From NCBI RefSeq assembly GCF_000039765.1, contig NC_004459.3:3106104-3138103 (forward strand): 32,000 bases of DNA, read 5' to 3'. Below are positions 1 through 9,703 of this stretch, piece by piece. Both the position numbers and the translations under genes were made by a program. The notes below the pieces were generated by a model. It worked only from the letters and a program-made list of their open reading frames with translations. It was not told where the DNA came from and did not search any database. How positions within the stretch are numbered: the first letter of the stretch is position 1; each line of letters opens with the position of its first letter. The stretch is from Vibrio vulnificus CMCP6 (lineage in GTDB: Bacteria; Pseudomonadota; Gammaproteobacteria; Enterobacterales; Vibrionaceae).

Positions 1-74
1 GCGTAGTCAAGGTATGAACCTCTTAGCTCATCTTCAATGTTTACGGGCGTGATCTCTTTAGCTAGATCGCTCAT
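1..74 (-). CDS. gyrA: DNA gyrase subunit A, N-terminal fragment (runs off the window)
   Basis: Reverse complement reads [25 protein letters not shown], the typical GyrA N-terminus. It is divergent from ubiG, as in other gammaproteobacteria. Confidence 0.93.
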   Translation of the reverse strand, partial: [24 protein letters not shown]

Positions 75-363
75 AGAGCCATTATCCCTCTATTTTCTGA
101 TCGTATGTACAATACGTGTAAGGTGCAAAAATATAACACACAATTCCCTAGTTCGGCATCACTTTCCCTGTCCTTTTATCAGGTTGTGACCTCGGTTGAG
201 AATCAATCGAAGAGAAATTGCACATTTTTTGTCTATGCTGCTGATAAAGGGTGTAATTTTGACCAGTTCAGCACAAAAAGCAGTTTCTCTATGGAGGAAA
301 AAAGCGAAGGCGTTATAATGCCGTCCTATTTTCAAGGAAGCAGAATCACCCAGAGCAGCGCTT

Positions 364-1071
364 ATGACTAAAACACAAAACGTTGACCCAAACGAAATCA
401 AAAAATTCGAAGACATGGCTTCTCGCTGGTGGGACTTGGAAGGTGAGTTTAAACCACTTCACCAAATCAACCCGTTGCGTCTGGATTACGTACTGTCAAA
501 AGCAGATGGTTTATTTGGCAAGAAAGTGCTCGATGTCGGCTGCGGCGGTGGCATTTTAGCCGAAAGCATGGCAAAAGAAGGCGCTGTTGTGACGGGATTG
601 GACATGGGCAAAGAACCCCTTGAGGTTGCTCGTCTGCATGCTCTTGAAACCGGTACCAAACTCACGTATATCCAAAGCACTATTGAAGATCACGCGGCTG
701 AAAATGCACAAATGTACGATGTCGTGACATGCATGGAAATGCTAGAGCACGTTCCCGATCCACTGTCTGTGATTCGTTCTTGTGCTGCACTGGTTAAACC
801 GGGTGGCCACGTGTTCTTTTCTACCTTAAATCGCAATATCAAATCGTATCTGTTTGCGATTGTTGGTGCGGAGAAACTGTTGAAAATCGTTCCCGAAGGG
901 ACGCACGACCATGACAAGTTCATCCGTCCTTCTGAATTGATTAAGATGATCGACCAAACCGATTTGTGTGAACAAGGCATCACAGGCTTGCACTACAACC
1001 CTCTGAGCGACACCTACAAATTGGGGCGTAATGTTGATGTCAATTACATCGTTCACACTCAGAAATTCTAA
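364..1071 (+). CDS. ubiG: Bifunctional 2-polyprenyl-6-hydroxyphenol methylase / 3-demethylubiquinol 3-O-methyltransferase
   Basis: 235 aa ORF. SAM motif [26 protein letters not shown], plus [11 protein letters not shown] near the C-terminus. gyrA-ubiG-nrdAB synteny. Confidence 0.96.
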   Translation: MTKTQNVDPNEIKKFEDMASRWWDLEGEFKPLHQINPLRLDYVLSKADGLFGKKVLDVGCGGGILAESMAKEGAVVTGLDMGKEPLEVARLHALETGTKLTYIQSTIEDHAAENAQMYDVVTCMEMLEHVPDPLSVIRSCAALVKPGGHVFFSTLNRNIKSYLFAIVGAEKLLKIVPEGTHDHDKFIRPSELIKMIDQTDLCEQGITGLHYNPLSDTYKLGRNVDVNYIVHTQKF

Positions 1072-1092
1072 AGTAAAGTGAATGTAATTTTT

Positions 1093-1125
1093 AAAGGCAG
1101 TAGCACAAAACTACTGCCTTTTTTA
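1093..1125 (+). terminator. Rho-independent terminator after ubiG
   Basis: AAGGCAGTAG (1094-1103) / CTACTGCCTT (1111-1120), followed by a T run. Confidence 0.85.
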
Positions 1126-1326
1126 GTTAAAGCATGCACGTTTTTTGTGCTTGCGATTCCATTTTAACCAAGCCAGTTTTCGCATACAAAAAAGCATAAA
1201 GATCAAGAAAAATATTTTCGTTTGCGGTTAAGAATAAACCGATCCAAAAATCACACTTTTCTTCATCCAAGTGCGCTCTTTTCTCATCGGTAAGTGTTTA
1301 CTTACAGTTTTTTGTAATTTTGCAAG

Positions 1327-1335
1327 TTATCCACA
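1327..1335 (+). promoter_or_regulatory. Perfect DnaA box (TTATCCACA) upstream of nrdA
   Basis: Exact TTATCCACA. A weaker TCATCCAGA lies at 1338-1346, 11 bp away. E. coli nrdAB is known to be DnaA-regulated. Confidence 0.6.
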
Positions 1336-1404
1336 AGTCATCCAGAGTCTGTGCCTTGAAAACCGATGCCAATAGCACTATCTTGTAACCCGAAAACATT
1401 AGTA

Positions 1405-1441
1405 CCCCTATATGTTGTGTTTGAACTACAATATGTAGATA
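1405..1441 (+). promoter_or_regulatory. Candidate paired NrdR boxes upstream of nrdA
   Basis: CCCCTATATGTTGTGT (1405-1420) and CTACAATATGTAGATA (1426-1441) resemble ACACWATATWTTGTGT. Their starts are 21 bp apart, about two helical turns. Confidence 0.55.
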
Positions 1442-1538
1442 GACTTTGATCACAAAGCCACGAAGAAATTTACAGTTGTTTCAATAGAAACACACAAAAA
1501 TAAGGCTTTTATCAGTTTTGTTAGGGAAAGAAAGCAGA

Positions 1539-3821
1539 ATGAACCAACAACTTACCGTCACCAAGCGTGATGGCCGTAAAGAAAACATCGATCTAGAGAA
1601 GCTCCATCGCGTGATTACTTGGGCCGCCGAAGGCCTAGACAACGTCTCTGTTTCACAAGTAGAACTGCGCGCTCACATTCAGTTCTATGATGGCATCACG
1701 ACGAGCGATATCCACGAGACTATCATCAAATCTGCTGCTGACTTGATTTCTGAAGAGACGCCAGATTACCAATATTTGGCGGCTCGTCTTGCAGTCTTCC
1801 ACTTGCGTAAAAAAGCATACGGTCAATATGAGCCACCAACGCTGTACGATCACGTTGCGCGCCTCGTTGATATGGGTAAATACGACAAGCATATCCTTGA
1901 AGACTATACCAAAGCAGAGCTCGATGAGCTGGATGCTTACCTCGATCATAAACGTGACCTCGATTTCTCTTACGCGGCTGTAAAACAGCTTGAAGGTAAG
2001 TATTTCGTGCAAAACCGTGTAAGTGGTCAAATCTACGAAAGTGCACAGTTCCTGTACATTTTGGTAGCCGCTTGCCTATTTGCAAAATACCCAAAAGAGA
2101 CACGCCTAGATTACGTTAAGCGTTTCTATGACGCGACATCGACCTTTAAGATTTCGCTACCAACACCAATCATGTCTGGTGTGCGTACACCGACTCGTCA
2201 GTTCAGCTCATGCGTTCTGATCGAATGTGGTGACAGCCTAGATTCGATTAATGCGACAGCAAGCTCTATCGTACGTTACGTTTCTCAACGTGCGGGTATC
2301 GGTATCAACGCAGGTCGTATTCGTGCGTTGGGGTCTGAAATCCGTGGTGGTGAAGCGTTCCACACGGGTTGTATTCCGTTCTACAAGTACTTCCAAACTG
2401 CCGTGAAATGCTGTTCTCAAGGCGGTGTGCGTGGTGGTGCAGCAACGGTGTTCTACCCGATGTGGCACGGCGAAGCTCGCTCACTCATGGTACTGAAAAA
2501 CAACCGCGGCGTTGAAGAAAACCGTGTCCGCCACATGGACTACGGTGTTCAGTTAAACAAACTGATGTACCAACGTCTGGTTGAAGGTGGCAACATCACG
2601 CTGTTCTCTCCGTCAGATGTACCAGGGCTTTACGATGCGTTCTTCGAGAACCAAGCGGAATTTGAACGTCTGTATGTGAAATACGAAAACGATCCGTCAA
2701 TTAAGAAAGAGACGGTAAAAGCGCTAGAGATGTTTACCTTACTCATGCAAGAGCGCGCGTCTACTGGCCGTATTTACATTCAGAACGTGGACCACTGTAA
2801 TACACACAGCCCGTTTGATGCAGAAGTCGCGCCGGTGCGCCAGTCAAACTTGTGTCTGGAAATTGCGCTGCCAACCAAACCACTTGCTAACGTTGAGGAT
2901 GACTCAGGCGAAATCGCGCTCTGTACCTTGTCTGCTTTCAACCTTGGTGCAATCAACACACTTGACGATCTTAAAGAGTTATCTGAATTGGTGGTGCGTG
3001 CTCTTGATGCTCTGCTTGATTATCAAGATTACCCACTACCAGCGGCGTACAAATCAACGATGAACCGTCGTACTTTGGGTGTGGGTGTGATCAACTACGC
3101 GTACTACCTTGCCAAACACGGTGTGAAATACTCGGATGGCAGTGCCAATGGTTTGACTCACCGTACGTTTGAAGCGATTCAGTACTACCTATTGAAAGCA
3201 TCGGTTGAGTTGGCGAAAGAACAAGGTAAGTGCCCACTGTTCCACGAAACCAACTACGCGAAAGGCTTAATGCCGATTGACACGTACAAGAAAGACATCG
3301 ATTTGATCTGTGATGAGCCCCTTCATTACGACTGGGATGCGCTGCGTGCTGAAATCATGGAACATGGTCTACGTAACTCGACACTCACCGCGCTAATGCC
3401 TTCTGAGACCTCTTCTCAGATTTCTAACGCGACGAACGGTATCGAGCCACCACGTGGTTATGTGTCGGTCAAAGCATCAAAAGATGGTATTTTGAAGCAG
3501 GTTGTGCCTGACTTCATCGAGTTGAAGAACAACTATGAGCTGTTGTGGAACATCGGCTCAAACGATGGCTACCTACATCTTGTTGGTATTATGCAGAAGT
3601 TCGTTGACCAAGCCATTTCGGCAAACACAAACTACGATCCTGCTCGTTATGAGAGCGGCAAAGTGCCAATGAAGAAGCTGCTTCAAGATTTGCTCACCGC
3701 GTACAAGTTTGGCGTAAAAACGCTTTACTACCATAACACCCGTGATGGCGCGAAAGACGAGCAAAAAGACGCAGTTCAACCACAAGATGACGATTGTGCA
3801 GGCGGCGGTTGTAAGATTTAA
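1539..3821 (+). CDS. nrdA: Ribonucleoside-diphosphate reductase class Ia, alpha subunit
   Basis: Start placed at MNQQLTVTKRDGRKENIDLEKLHRV, inside the 1518 TTG-opened ORF. Contains the NLCLEIALPT motif, and CAGGGCKI resembles the C-terminal redox-active cysteines. Confidence 0.96.
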   Translation: MNQQLTVTKRDGRKENIDLEKLHRVITWAAEGLDNVSVSQVELRAHIQFYDGITTSDIHETIIKSAADLISEETPDYQYLAARLAVFHLRKKAYGQYEPPTLYDHVARLVDMGKYDKHILEDYTKAELDELDAYLDHKRDLDFSYAAVKQLEGKYFVQNRVSGQIYESAQFLYILVAACLFAKYPKETRLDYVKRFYDATSTFKISLPTPIMSGVRTPTRQFSSCVLIECGDSLDSINATASSIVRYVSQRAGIGINAGRIRALGSEIRGGEAFHTGCIPFYKYFQTAVKCCSQGGVRGGAATVFYPMWHGEARSLMVLKNNRGVEENRVRHMDYGVQLNKLMYQRLVEGGNITLFSPSDVPGLYDAFFENQAEFERLYVKYENDPSIKKETVKALEMFTLLMQERASTGRIYIQNVDHCNTHSPFDAEVAPVRQSNLCLEIALPTKPLANVEDDSGEIALCTLSAFNLGAINTLDDLKELSELVVRALDALLDYQDYPLPAAYKSTMNRRTLGVGVINYAYYLAKHGVKYSDGSANGLTHRTFEAIQYYLLKASVELAKEQGKCPLFHETNYAKGLMPIDTYKKDIDLICDEPLHYDWDALRAEIMEHGLRNSTLTALMPSETSSQISNATNGIEPPRGYVSVKASKDGILKQVVPDFIELKNNYELLWNIGSNDGYLHLVGIMQKFVDQAISANTNYDPARYESGKVPMKKLLQDLLTAYKFGVKTLYYHNTRDGAKDEQKDAVQPQDDDCAGGGCKI

Positions 3822-3863
3822 TCTTCCCCACTCATAATCGAAACCAATACAGACTATCGAATG

Positions 3864-3881
3864 CCTCCCCTGTAGGGGAGG
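3864..3881 (+). promoter_or_regulatory. Intercistronic hairpin between nrdA and nrdB
   Basis: CCTCCCC-TGTA-GGGGAGG perfect 7-bp stem, 20 nt before the nrdB start. Confidence 0.6.
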
Positions 3882-3901
3882 TTAAAAGGAATTGAGGCAT
3901 C

Positions 3902-5035
3902 ATGGCTTACAGTACTTTTAACCAAACTAAAAATGACCAGCTCAAAGAACCGATGTTTTTGGGCCAATCGGTTAACGTTGCACGTTACGACCAGCAAAAG
4001 TTCGAGATCTTTGAAAAGCTGATCGAAAAACAATTGTCTTTCTTCTGGCGCCCAGAAGAAGTCGACGTGTCGAGCGATCGCATCGACTACAACAAACTGC
4101 CTGATCATGAGAAGCACATCTTCATCTCAAACTTGAAGTACCAAACGCTGCTTGATTCGATCCAAGGCCGTAGCCCAAACGTGGCATTGCTTCCGTTAGT
4201 TTCTCTTCCTGAGCTAGAGACATGGATTGAAACTTGGTCTTTCTCTGAAACGATCCACTCTCGTTCTTATACGCACATCATTCGTAATATCGTCAATGAT
4301 CCAAGTGTCGTTTTTGATGACATCGTCGAAAACGAACACATTCTTAAGCGTGCGAAAGACATCGCGCACTACTACGATGATTTGATTCAATTGACCAACG
4401 ACTACCACCGCTTTGGCGAAGGTGAGCACGTGGTGAATGGCGAAACCATTAAAGTTAGCCTGTATGAACTGAAGAAAAAACTCTACTTGTGTCTGATGTC
4501 AGTTAACGCGCTCGAAGCCATTCGCTTCTACGTGAGCTTTGCATGTTCATTTGCTTTCGCGGAGCGTGAGCTTATGGAAGGCAACGCAAAAATCATCAAG
4601 CTGATCGCTCGTGATGAGGCCCTGCATCTTAACGGCACTCAGCACATGATCAACCTACTGCGCAATGGTCAAGATGACTTCTCCTTCATGCAAATTGCAG
4701 AAGAAGCGAAGCAACAGTGTTTTGATCTGTTCAAAGAAGCGGCTGAGCAAGAGAAGGAATGGGCAGAATACCTGTTCAAAGATGGTTCGATGATTGGCCT
4801 GAACAAAGACATTCTTTGTCAGTACGTTGAGTACATTACCAACATTCGCATGCAAGCCGTTGGTCTTCCAGTGGCGTACCCGAATGCAACCTCGAATCCA
4901 ATTCCTTGGATCAATGCTTGGTTGTCTTCTGACAACGTGCAAGTGGCACCACAAGAAGCGGAAATTTCCTCTTACTTGGTAGGCCAAATTGACAACGAAG
5001 TTCACTCTGACGATTTTGAGGGTTTTGAACTCTAA
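3902..5035 (+). CDS. nrdB: Ribonucleoside-diphosphate reductase class Ia, beta subunit
   Basis: 377 aa. [22 protein letters not shown] and diiron motifs such as EARDEALH-like [15 protein letters not shown]. Directly follows nrdA. Confidence 0.96.
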   Translation: MAYSTFNQTKNDQLKEPMFLGQSVNVARYDQQKFEIFEKLIEKQLSFFWRPEEVDVSSDRIDYNKLPDHEKHIFISNLKYQTLLDSIQGRSPNVALLPLVSLPELETWIETWSFSETIHSRSYTHIIRNIVNDPSVVFDDIVENEHILKRAKDIAHYYDDLIQLTNDYHRFGEGEHVVNGETIKVSLYELKKKLYLCLMSVNALEAIRFYVSFACSFAFAERELMEGNAKIIKLIARDEALHLNGTQHMINLLRNGQDDFSFMQIAEEAKQQCFDLFKEAAEQEKEWAEYLFKDGSMIGLNKDILCQYVEYITNIRMQAVGLPVAYPNATSNPIPWINAWLSSDNVQVAPQEAEISSYLVGQIDNEVHSDDFEGFEL

Positions 5036-5313
5036 TGCCAAAAATCCGCATCAACAAGCTACACAGCATTGAGTCCAACCGTGCTAACACCATTTTGGAA
5101 ACGATGGAACAAGCAGGGTTGCAGCCAGAATATAACTGTCGTGACGGGCACTGTGGTGCATGTCGCTGCAAGCTTGAGTCTGGCGAAGTGGAGTATGTGG
5201 GTTTTGCCATGGCCTATACACAAGGCAATGAGATTTTGCCGTGTATCTGCCGCGCGAAAACAGATGTGGTATTGAGTGACGTCAATTACGTCCTAAAAGA
5301 AAAACGCGCTTAA
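5035..5313 (+). CDS. yfaE: 2Fe-2S ferredoxin (YfaE-like, NrdB cofactor maintenance)
   Basis: 92 aa with CRDGHCGACRCKL and LPCIC cysteine motifs. Start overlaps the nrdB stop (TAATG). Confidence 0.9.
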   Translation: MPKIRINKLHSIESNRANTILETMEQAGLQPEYNCRDGHCGACRCKLESGEVEYVGFAMAYTQGNEILPCICRAKTDVVLSDVNYVLKEKRA

Positions 5314-5334
5314 TCTTTTTTGACCAAGAAACAA

Positions 5335-5369
5335 AGAGCCAGCAAAAAATATGCTGGCTCTTTTTCTTT
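5335..5369 (+). terminator. Rho-independent terminator after the nrdAB-yfaE operon
   Basis: AGAGCCAGCA (5335-5344) / TGCTGGCTCT (5352-5361), then TTTTTCTTT. Confidence 0.88.
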
Positions 5370-5416
5370 CTGTGTGAACGTGTGAACAAAAACAAATCGC
5401 GCTTAACTCAACATAT

Positions 5417-6652
5417 TTATTTCACTAGACTGCTCGGTACAAACATTTCTTTGACTTTCGTGACGGAGAAATAGTCCCCAAACATGGGTTTCTTTTCTAA
5501 GTAACGACGCAATACATCCGCCGCGACCGTGCTGATCACCTTATTCGCTTCCTTTCGCGCATACTCACGGTTTAACTCCAGCACCATCCCCCACTCACCA
5601 CCATGCGCTGATAAAGCCACAGAGAATTGTTTTCCGTTGAGTTTACCGGTCACCAAAGCAAGGTCTGTCGCGCATTTTTCACGCGTCGCACCCGCTAAAG
5701 CAAACGCCGCAGCAAGAGGATTACTGTGATCGATAGTCTCACTGCCTTTGGCCGAAAGCACCCAGCCATGACCACTCTGCTCCGCAATATTCTGCTCAGA
5801 TTGCAGCCAACTGGTTAAGTAACCATAGCTACTCTGCTCCGCCGTCGCTAAAGTTAAGTCTTTCTCTTTCAACATATGGCCAATGTGTTCTAGCATCGGC
5901 TCGTCCACGCTCACTACGTTACTTTCCAGTAATTTGTAGATCAACTGCATCACTTTGACGCGCTCATCAAGGGCATCTTTTGGTCCAAACAGTTTCACTT
6001 CAATAAATGGCAAACTTGAGCGGTAACCTAACTCGTAGCCTTGTGGCAATTTCAGCGCATCGAGCTTATCTGAAATACCAGATTCAGACAGACCAAAGGT
6101 ATAAAGACGGCTACATTGATACGCTTCATTGTTTGGCCACTGGGCTTTGAGATCTGGCAGAATCTGCGTTTCAACCATAACTTTAAATTCACGAGGGACA
6201 CCCGGCGTGAAATAGAACAGGGCATCATTGATGTGCATCTTGAAGCCGCAAGCCGTACCTATCGGGTTGTCTACAATTTCGGCTATTTCAGGCAACATGG
6301 CTTGCTTGAGGTTACTGTCTGGCATAGGGCGATTACGCTCACGGTACATCTCTCCCATGCGAGTCAACCACGCTTTAAACAGCACAATTTTGCATTCGGC
6401 GGCTTTGGCTGCCGCTGCCGCACTCATATCGTCTGTGGTTGGTCCTAAGCCACCATTGACGATGACAACATCGTTGTTAAAGCTCAACATGAGTAGCTCT
6501 TCGACCAAGGCATTCATTTGATCCCCAACGGTCGAACGCTTAGTCAGGGCAAAACCTTGCTCATACATGACGCTTGAAAGCCAAGCGGCATTCGTGTCGA
6601 CAATGTCACCGTGAAGCACTTCTTCACCCGTACTCAACATGGCAATTTTCAC
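5417..6652 (-). CDS. CinA family nicotinamide mononucleotide deamidase-related protein (YfaY-like)
   Basis: 411 aa. MKIAMLSTGEEVLHGDIVDTNAAWLSSVMYEQGF and VNGGLGPTTDDMSAAA, the MoCF/CinA N-terminal signature. Confidence 0.88.
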   Translation of the reverse strand: MKIAMLSTGEEVLHGDIVDTNAAWLSSVMYEQGFALTKRSTVGDQMNALVEELLMLSFNNDVVIVNGGLGPTTDDMSAAAAAKAAECKIVLFKAWLTRMGEMYRERNRPMPDSNLKQAMLPEIAEIVDNPIGTACGFKMHINDALFYFTPGVPREFKVMVETQILPDLKAQWPNNEAYQCSRLYTFGLSESGISDKLDALKLPQGYELGYRSSLPFIEVKLFGPKDALDERVKVMQLIYKLLESNVVSVDEPMLEHIGHMLKEKDLTLATAEQSSYGYLTSWLQSEQNIAEQSGHGWVLSAKGSETIDHSNPLAAAFALAGATREKCATDLALVTGKLNGKQFSVALSAHGGEWGMVLELNREYARKEANKVISTVAADVLRRYLEKKPMFGDYFSVTKVKEMFVPSSLVK

Positions 6653-6824
6653 GAATCGTATTCCTTAAATAATCTGGAGTCATTCACTCTTAAAGCGATA
6701 TATTTCGGTTAGACCAAACTCTTATGCCAATTGTTTCGGCTAAATTGATGACAACTGTTCCCATAAAGGTCACTTTAAGGGATAATTGTGAGCTCGATCA
6801 TCTAACACAACTTGGAGACCCTTT

Positions 6825-7733
6825 GTGTCAAAGCAAATCTTAAAAACTACAGCTTTGAGTGGACTCATTCTTACCGCTTCTGCATCTGCTACCGAACAAT
6901 ACGACTTCAGTAAGCACATAGAATTTTCGTACAGCACCAACTGTCTTCAAGAGTACTGTGTCAGCGACAACTTGTATAGCTACAAGCCTACGACTACGTT
7001 GTCTTTAGATGAGCCGAGTAATGAACTGAATTTAGACGCAGGTACGCAACCTAAGCACTACATTGTCCCACAAGATAAAGACTGGGACTATCTGATGGGT
7101 CAAACCTACACCATTCTCGGTTTGAGTGTGGCGACAGTAGGCTTGATGACTTTGTTACCAGAAAGCATTACCAAGTGGGATGACGATGCTCGAGACATCA
7201 GTAATCTAGGTAGCAAGTGGAAAGACAACGTTTCCTCTGGCCCAGTATGGGACCGCGACGAGCACTTCTTAAACTACATCATGCACCCTTACTTTGGTGG
7301 TGTGTACTACACGGCGGCACGCCACGCCGGATACAACGAATTTGAATCGTTTCTTTACTCTTCTGTCATGTCGACTTTCTTCTGGGAATACGGCGTAGAA
7401 GCGTTTGCAGAAGTACCATCATGGCAAGATATCTTCATTACGCCATTTTTCGGTGCCGTGGTTGGTGAAATCATGTTGGAAACGGAGCAAAATATTATCG
7501 CCAATGGCGGTGAAGTTTTAGGCTCCGAAACCGTGGGCGATGTGTCACTGTTTTTCCTTAACCCTGTTGGTCATATCCATTACTGGGTCAGTAACGCATG
7601 GGGTGGCAGTGCTGAAGTCAACTTTGTTTCTAATCCTTGGTTTGGTAATCAGGATGCGGCCAAATATGCGTTGGATTCTGGCTACGCATACGACAACCAG
7701 TTCTACGGGTTTGATTTCAAAGTCACATTCTAA
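6825..7733 (+). CDS. DUF3943-like domain protein with N-terminal signal peptide
   Basis: 302 aa, GTG start preceded by GGAG. Signal-peptide-like MSKQILKTTALSGLILTASASA. Aromatic- and glycine-rich HPYFGGVYYTAARHAGY...EYGVEAFAEVPSWQD core. Confidence 0.7.
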   Translation: MSKQILKTTALSGLILTASASATEQYDFSKHIEFSYSTNCLQEYCVSDNLYSYKPTTTLSLDEPSNELNLDAGTQPKHYIVPQDKDWDYLMGQTYTILGLSVATVGLMTLLPESITKWDDDARDISNLGSKWKDNVSSGPVWDRDEHFLNYIMHPYFGGVYYTAARHAGYNEFESFLYSSVMSTFFWEYGVEAFAEVPSWQDIFITPFFGAVVGEIMLETEQNIIANGGEVLGSETVGDVSLFFLNPVGHIHYWVSNAWGGSAEVNFVSNPWFGNQDAAKYALDSGYAYDNQFYGFDFKVTF

Positions 7734-7750
7734 CCAATCATTTTTGTAGC

Positions 7751-7778
7751 GGGCGACCTCAACGGTCGCCCTTTTTGT
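7751..7778 (+). terminator. Rho-independent terminator after the DUF3943-like gene
   Basis: GGGCGACC (7751-7758) / GGTCGCCC (7764-7771), followed by T5. Confidence 0.85.
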
Positions 7779-7930
7779 GCCTTACCACTGAATTTCTCCA
7801 TCCACTTTTGGGATTAGGTGAAAAACTTGACCTTAGTCAAACCTGTCATACATCGATAGCTTCTACACTGAAATCAGACAAGGATTATTTCTTTTAATCA
7901 ACAAGTTGCTTGATGTGTCAGGGGGAAGTT

Positions 7931-8443
7931 ATGAACAGTGTATTCATCGTTAATTTCGTTGGTAGAGCCTCTCCAACAACGATCAAACAGTTAGCGGCTA
8001 TTACTCATGAAAATGGGGGTAAATGGCTAATCAGCAAGGTTAACTTCATTGAAGACCAAGTGGCCGCAGTGATTAAAATTGACATGCCATCACAGCACGT
8101 TCAAACCGTTAAAGATGCCTTCAGCTCTCACCCAGACTTGGTTGTTCAGTTTGTTGATTCAGACTCAACCACTCACGACAAAGAAACCATCTTCCAACTT
8201 CGTCTCGATTCGAATGATCGTGCCGGCATTGTCAATGAGATTACCCACGTGCTCGACAATCAAGGCATCAGCATTCTTGATATGGACTGCCAACGCGTAT
8301 TTATTGCTGGCGGCGGCGGTGTCAGCTCCAGTTTGTTTACCGCTAATATGGCGATTAAATTGCCTGTCGAGCTTGATATAGAAGACGTCGCCAACGAGCT
8401 AGAATCCTTGAGTGAAGACACTCGCGTGATTATCGAGTCTTAA
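7931..8443 (+). CDS. Tandem ACT-domain protein, glycine cleavage system transcriptional repressor (GcvR)-like
   Basis: Start MNSVFIVNFVGRASPTTIKQLAAI, preceded by GGGGGAAG. Second ACT repeat LDSNDRAGIVNEITHVLDNQGISILDM. Confidence 0.72.
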   Translation: MNSVFIVNFVGRASPTTIKQLAAITHENGGKWLISKVNFIEDQVAAVIKIDMPSQHVQTVKDAFSSHPDLVVQFVDSDSTTHDKETIFQLRLDSNDRAGIVNEITHVLDNQGISILDMDCQRVFIAGGGGVSSSLFTANMAIKLPVELDIEDVANELESLSEDTRVIIES

Positions 8444-8451
8444 CAAACAAA

Positions 8452-8475
8452 AAGAGCAGCCAACTGGCTGCTCTT
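8452..8475. terminator. Bidirectional stem-loop between convergent genes
   Basis: AAGAGCAGCC (8452-8461) / GGCTGCTCTT (8466-8475). Confidence 0.7.
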
Positions 8476-8491
8476 ATCTATATAGCCGAAC

Positions 8492-9625
8492 TTACTGTAC
8501 CGACCATAGTGATAAACTACGTTTGAAATCTTCGTAACCAAACTCGTTGAGTTTTTGAATCTCACCATTGGTGCGCTCACAGTATACGGAAGGCATCTTC
8601 AGACCGTTGAACCAGTTCAGTTTCACCATAGTGTAACCTGCACTATCAAGAATGTGCAGACGCTGGCCAACGTGCAGAGGCTGGTCAAACTTAGCCACAC
8701 AGAATTGGTCACCTGCCAAACATGAACAAGAACCAATCACGTACTCATGTTCACCATTTTCTGATGCTTCAAGCACTGATGCAGGTTCTTTGTAGATCAG
8801 CGTATCAAGGCGGTGTGCTTCTGTTGCAGAATCTACGATTGCCGTTTTCATGCCGTTTTCAACCAAATCCACCACGGTCACAACCAAATCGGTGGTTTTA
8901 GTGATGATCGCTTCACCTGGCTCTAAATACATCTGTACGCCGTGCTTCTCAGAGAACGCTTTCAGCGCTAGACCCAGCTTTTCTACATCGTAACCTGGCC
9001 ACGTGAAGAACACGCCTCCGCCCATGCTGACCCAATCAAGTTTGTTGAGATAAGCACCGAAACGCTCAGAGATGGAATCCAGTAGCGCGATGAAGGCGTC
9101 CACATCTTTGTTCTCACAGTTCATGTGGAACATCACGCCATTAATGCTATCGAATACCGCCGGATCAATATGGTCAGCCTGTACACCCAAACGTGAGAAC
9201 TGGCGAGCAGGGTTTGCTAAATCTTGGCTTGCGTAACTCACACCTGGGTTCAAACGCAGACCGATAGACGCTTTGCCTTCAACGATATGACGGTGCGCTG
9301 CCAGCTGAGACTGTGAGTTGAAAATGATTTTATCGCACAGATCCGCGACTTCACGAACATCATCTTCGCTATAACCCACACTGTAAGCGTGCGTTTCGCC
9401 ACCAAACTTTTCATAACCTAGCTTCACTTCGAACGGCCCTGAGCTCGTCGTACCGTCTAGGTAAGGTTTGATGATGTCGAATACACCCCAAGTAGAAAAG
9501 CACTTCAGTGCCAATACCAACTTAACCCCAGAAATTTCTTTTAACTGCTTAGCAATCTCTAGATTTTGGATCAACTTTGCTTCGTCAATCATGAAAAATG
9601 GTGTTTTCAATTGCTCTTTGTTCAT
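8492..9625 (-). CDS. nspC: Carboxynorspermidine decarboxylase (alanine racemase-fold, PLP)
   Basis: [46 protein letters not shown], with the PLP lysine region and [11 protein letters not shown]. Next to the pathway genes. The start could instead be 9634. Confidence 0.93.
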   Translation of the reverse strand: MNKEQLKTPFFMIDEAKLIQNLEIAKQLKEISGVKLVLALKCFSTWGVFDIIKPYLDGTTSSGPFEVKLGYEKFGGETHAYSVGYSEDDVREVADLCDKIIFNSQSQLAAHRHIVEGKASIGLRLNPGVSYASQDLANPARQFSRLGVQADHIDPAVFDSINGVMFHMNCENKDVDAFIALLDSISERFGAYLNKLDWVSMGGGVFFTWPGYDVEKLGLALKAFSEKHGVQMYLEPGEAIITKTTDLVVTVVDLVENGMKTAIVDSATEAHRLDTLIYKEPASVLEASENGEHEYVIGSCSCLAGDQFCVAKFDQPLHVGQRLHILDSAGYTMVKLNWFNGLKMPSVYCERTNGEIQKLNEFGYEDFKRSLSLWSVQ

Positions 9626-9703
9626 ATTTATCATCACTTTAACTGAACAAAGCCGGTGCAACGCACCGGCTTGAAGATAGGACTGAATAATACAGCGAAA
9701 GGC

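Noticed and set aside
159-416. 85-aa minus-strand ORF and 88-aa plus-strand ORF in the gyrA-ubiG intergenic region
   Set aside because: They mostly overlap promoter and leader sequence and each other, and show no protein-like composition or convincing start context.
1653-2103. Two overlapping 125-aa minus-strand ORFs inside nrdA
   Set aside because: Antisense to a highly conserved enzyme, with no motifs. Likely spurious.
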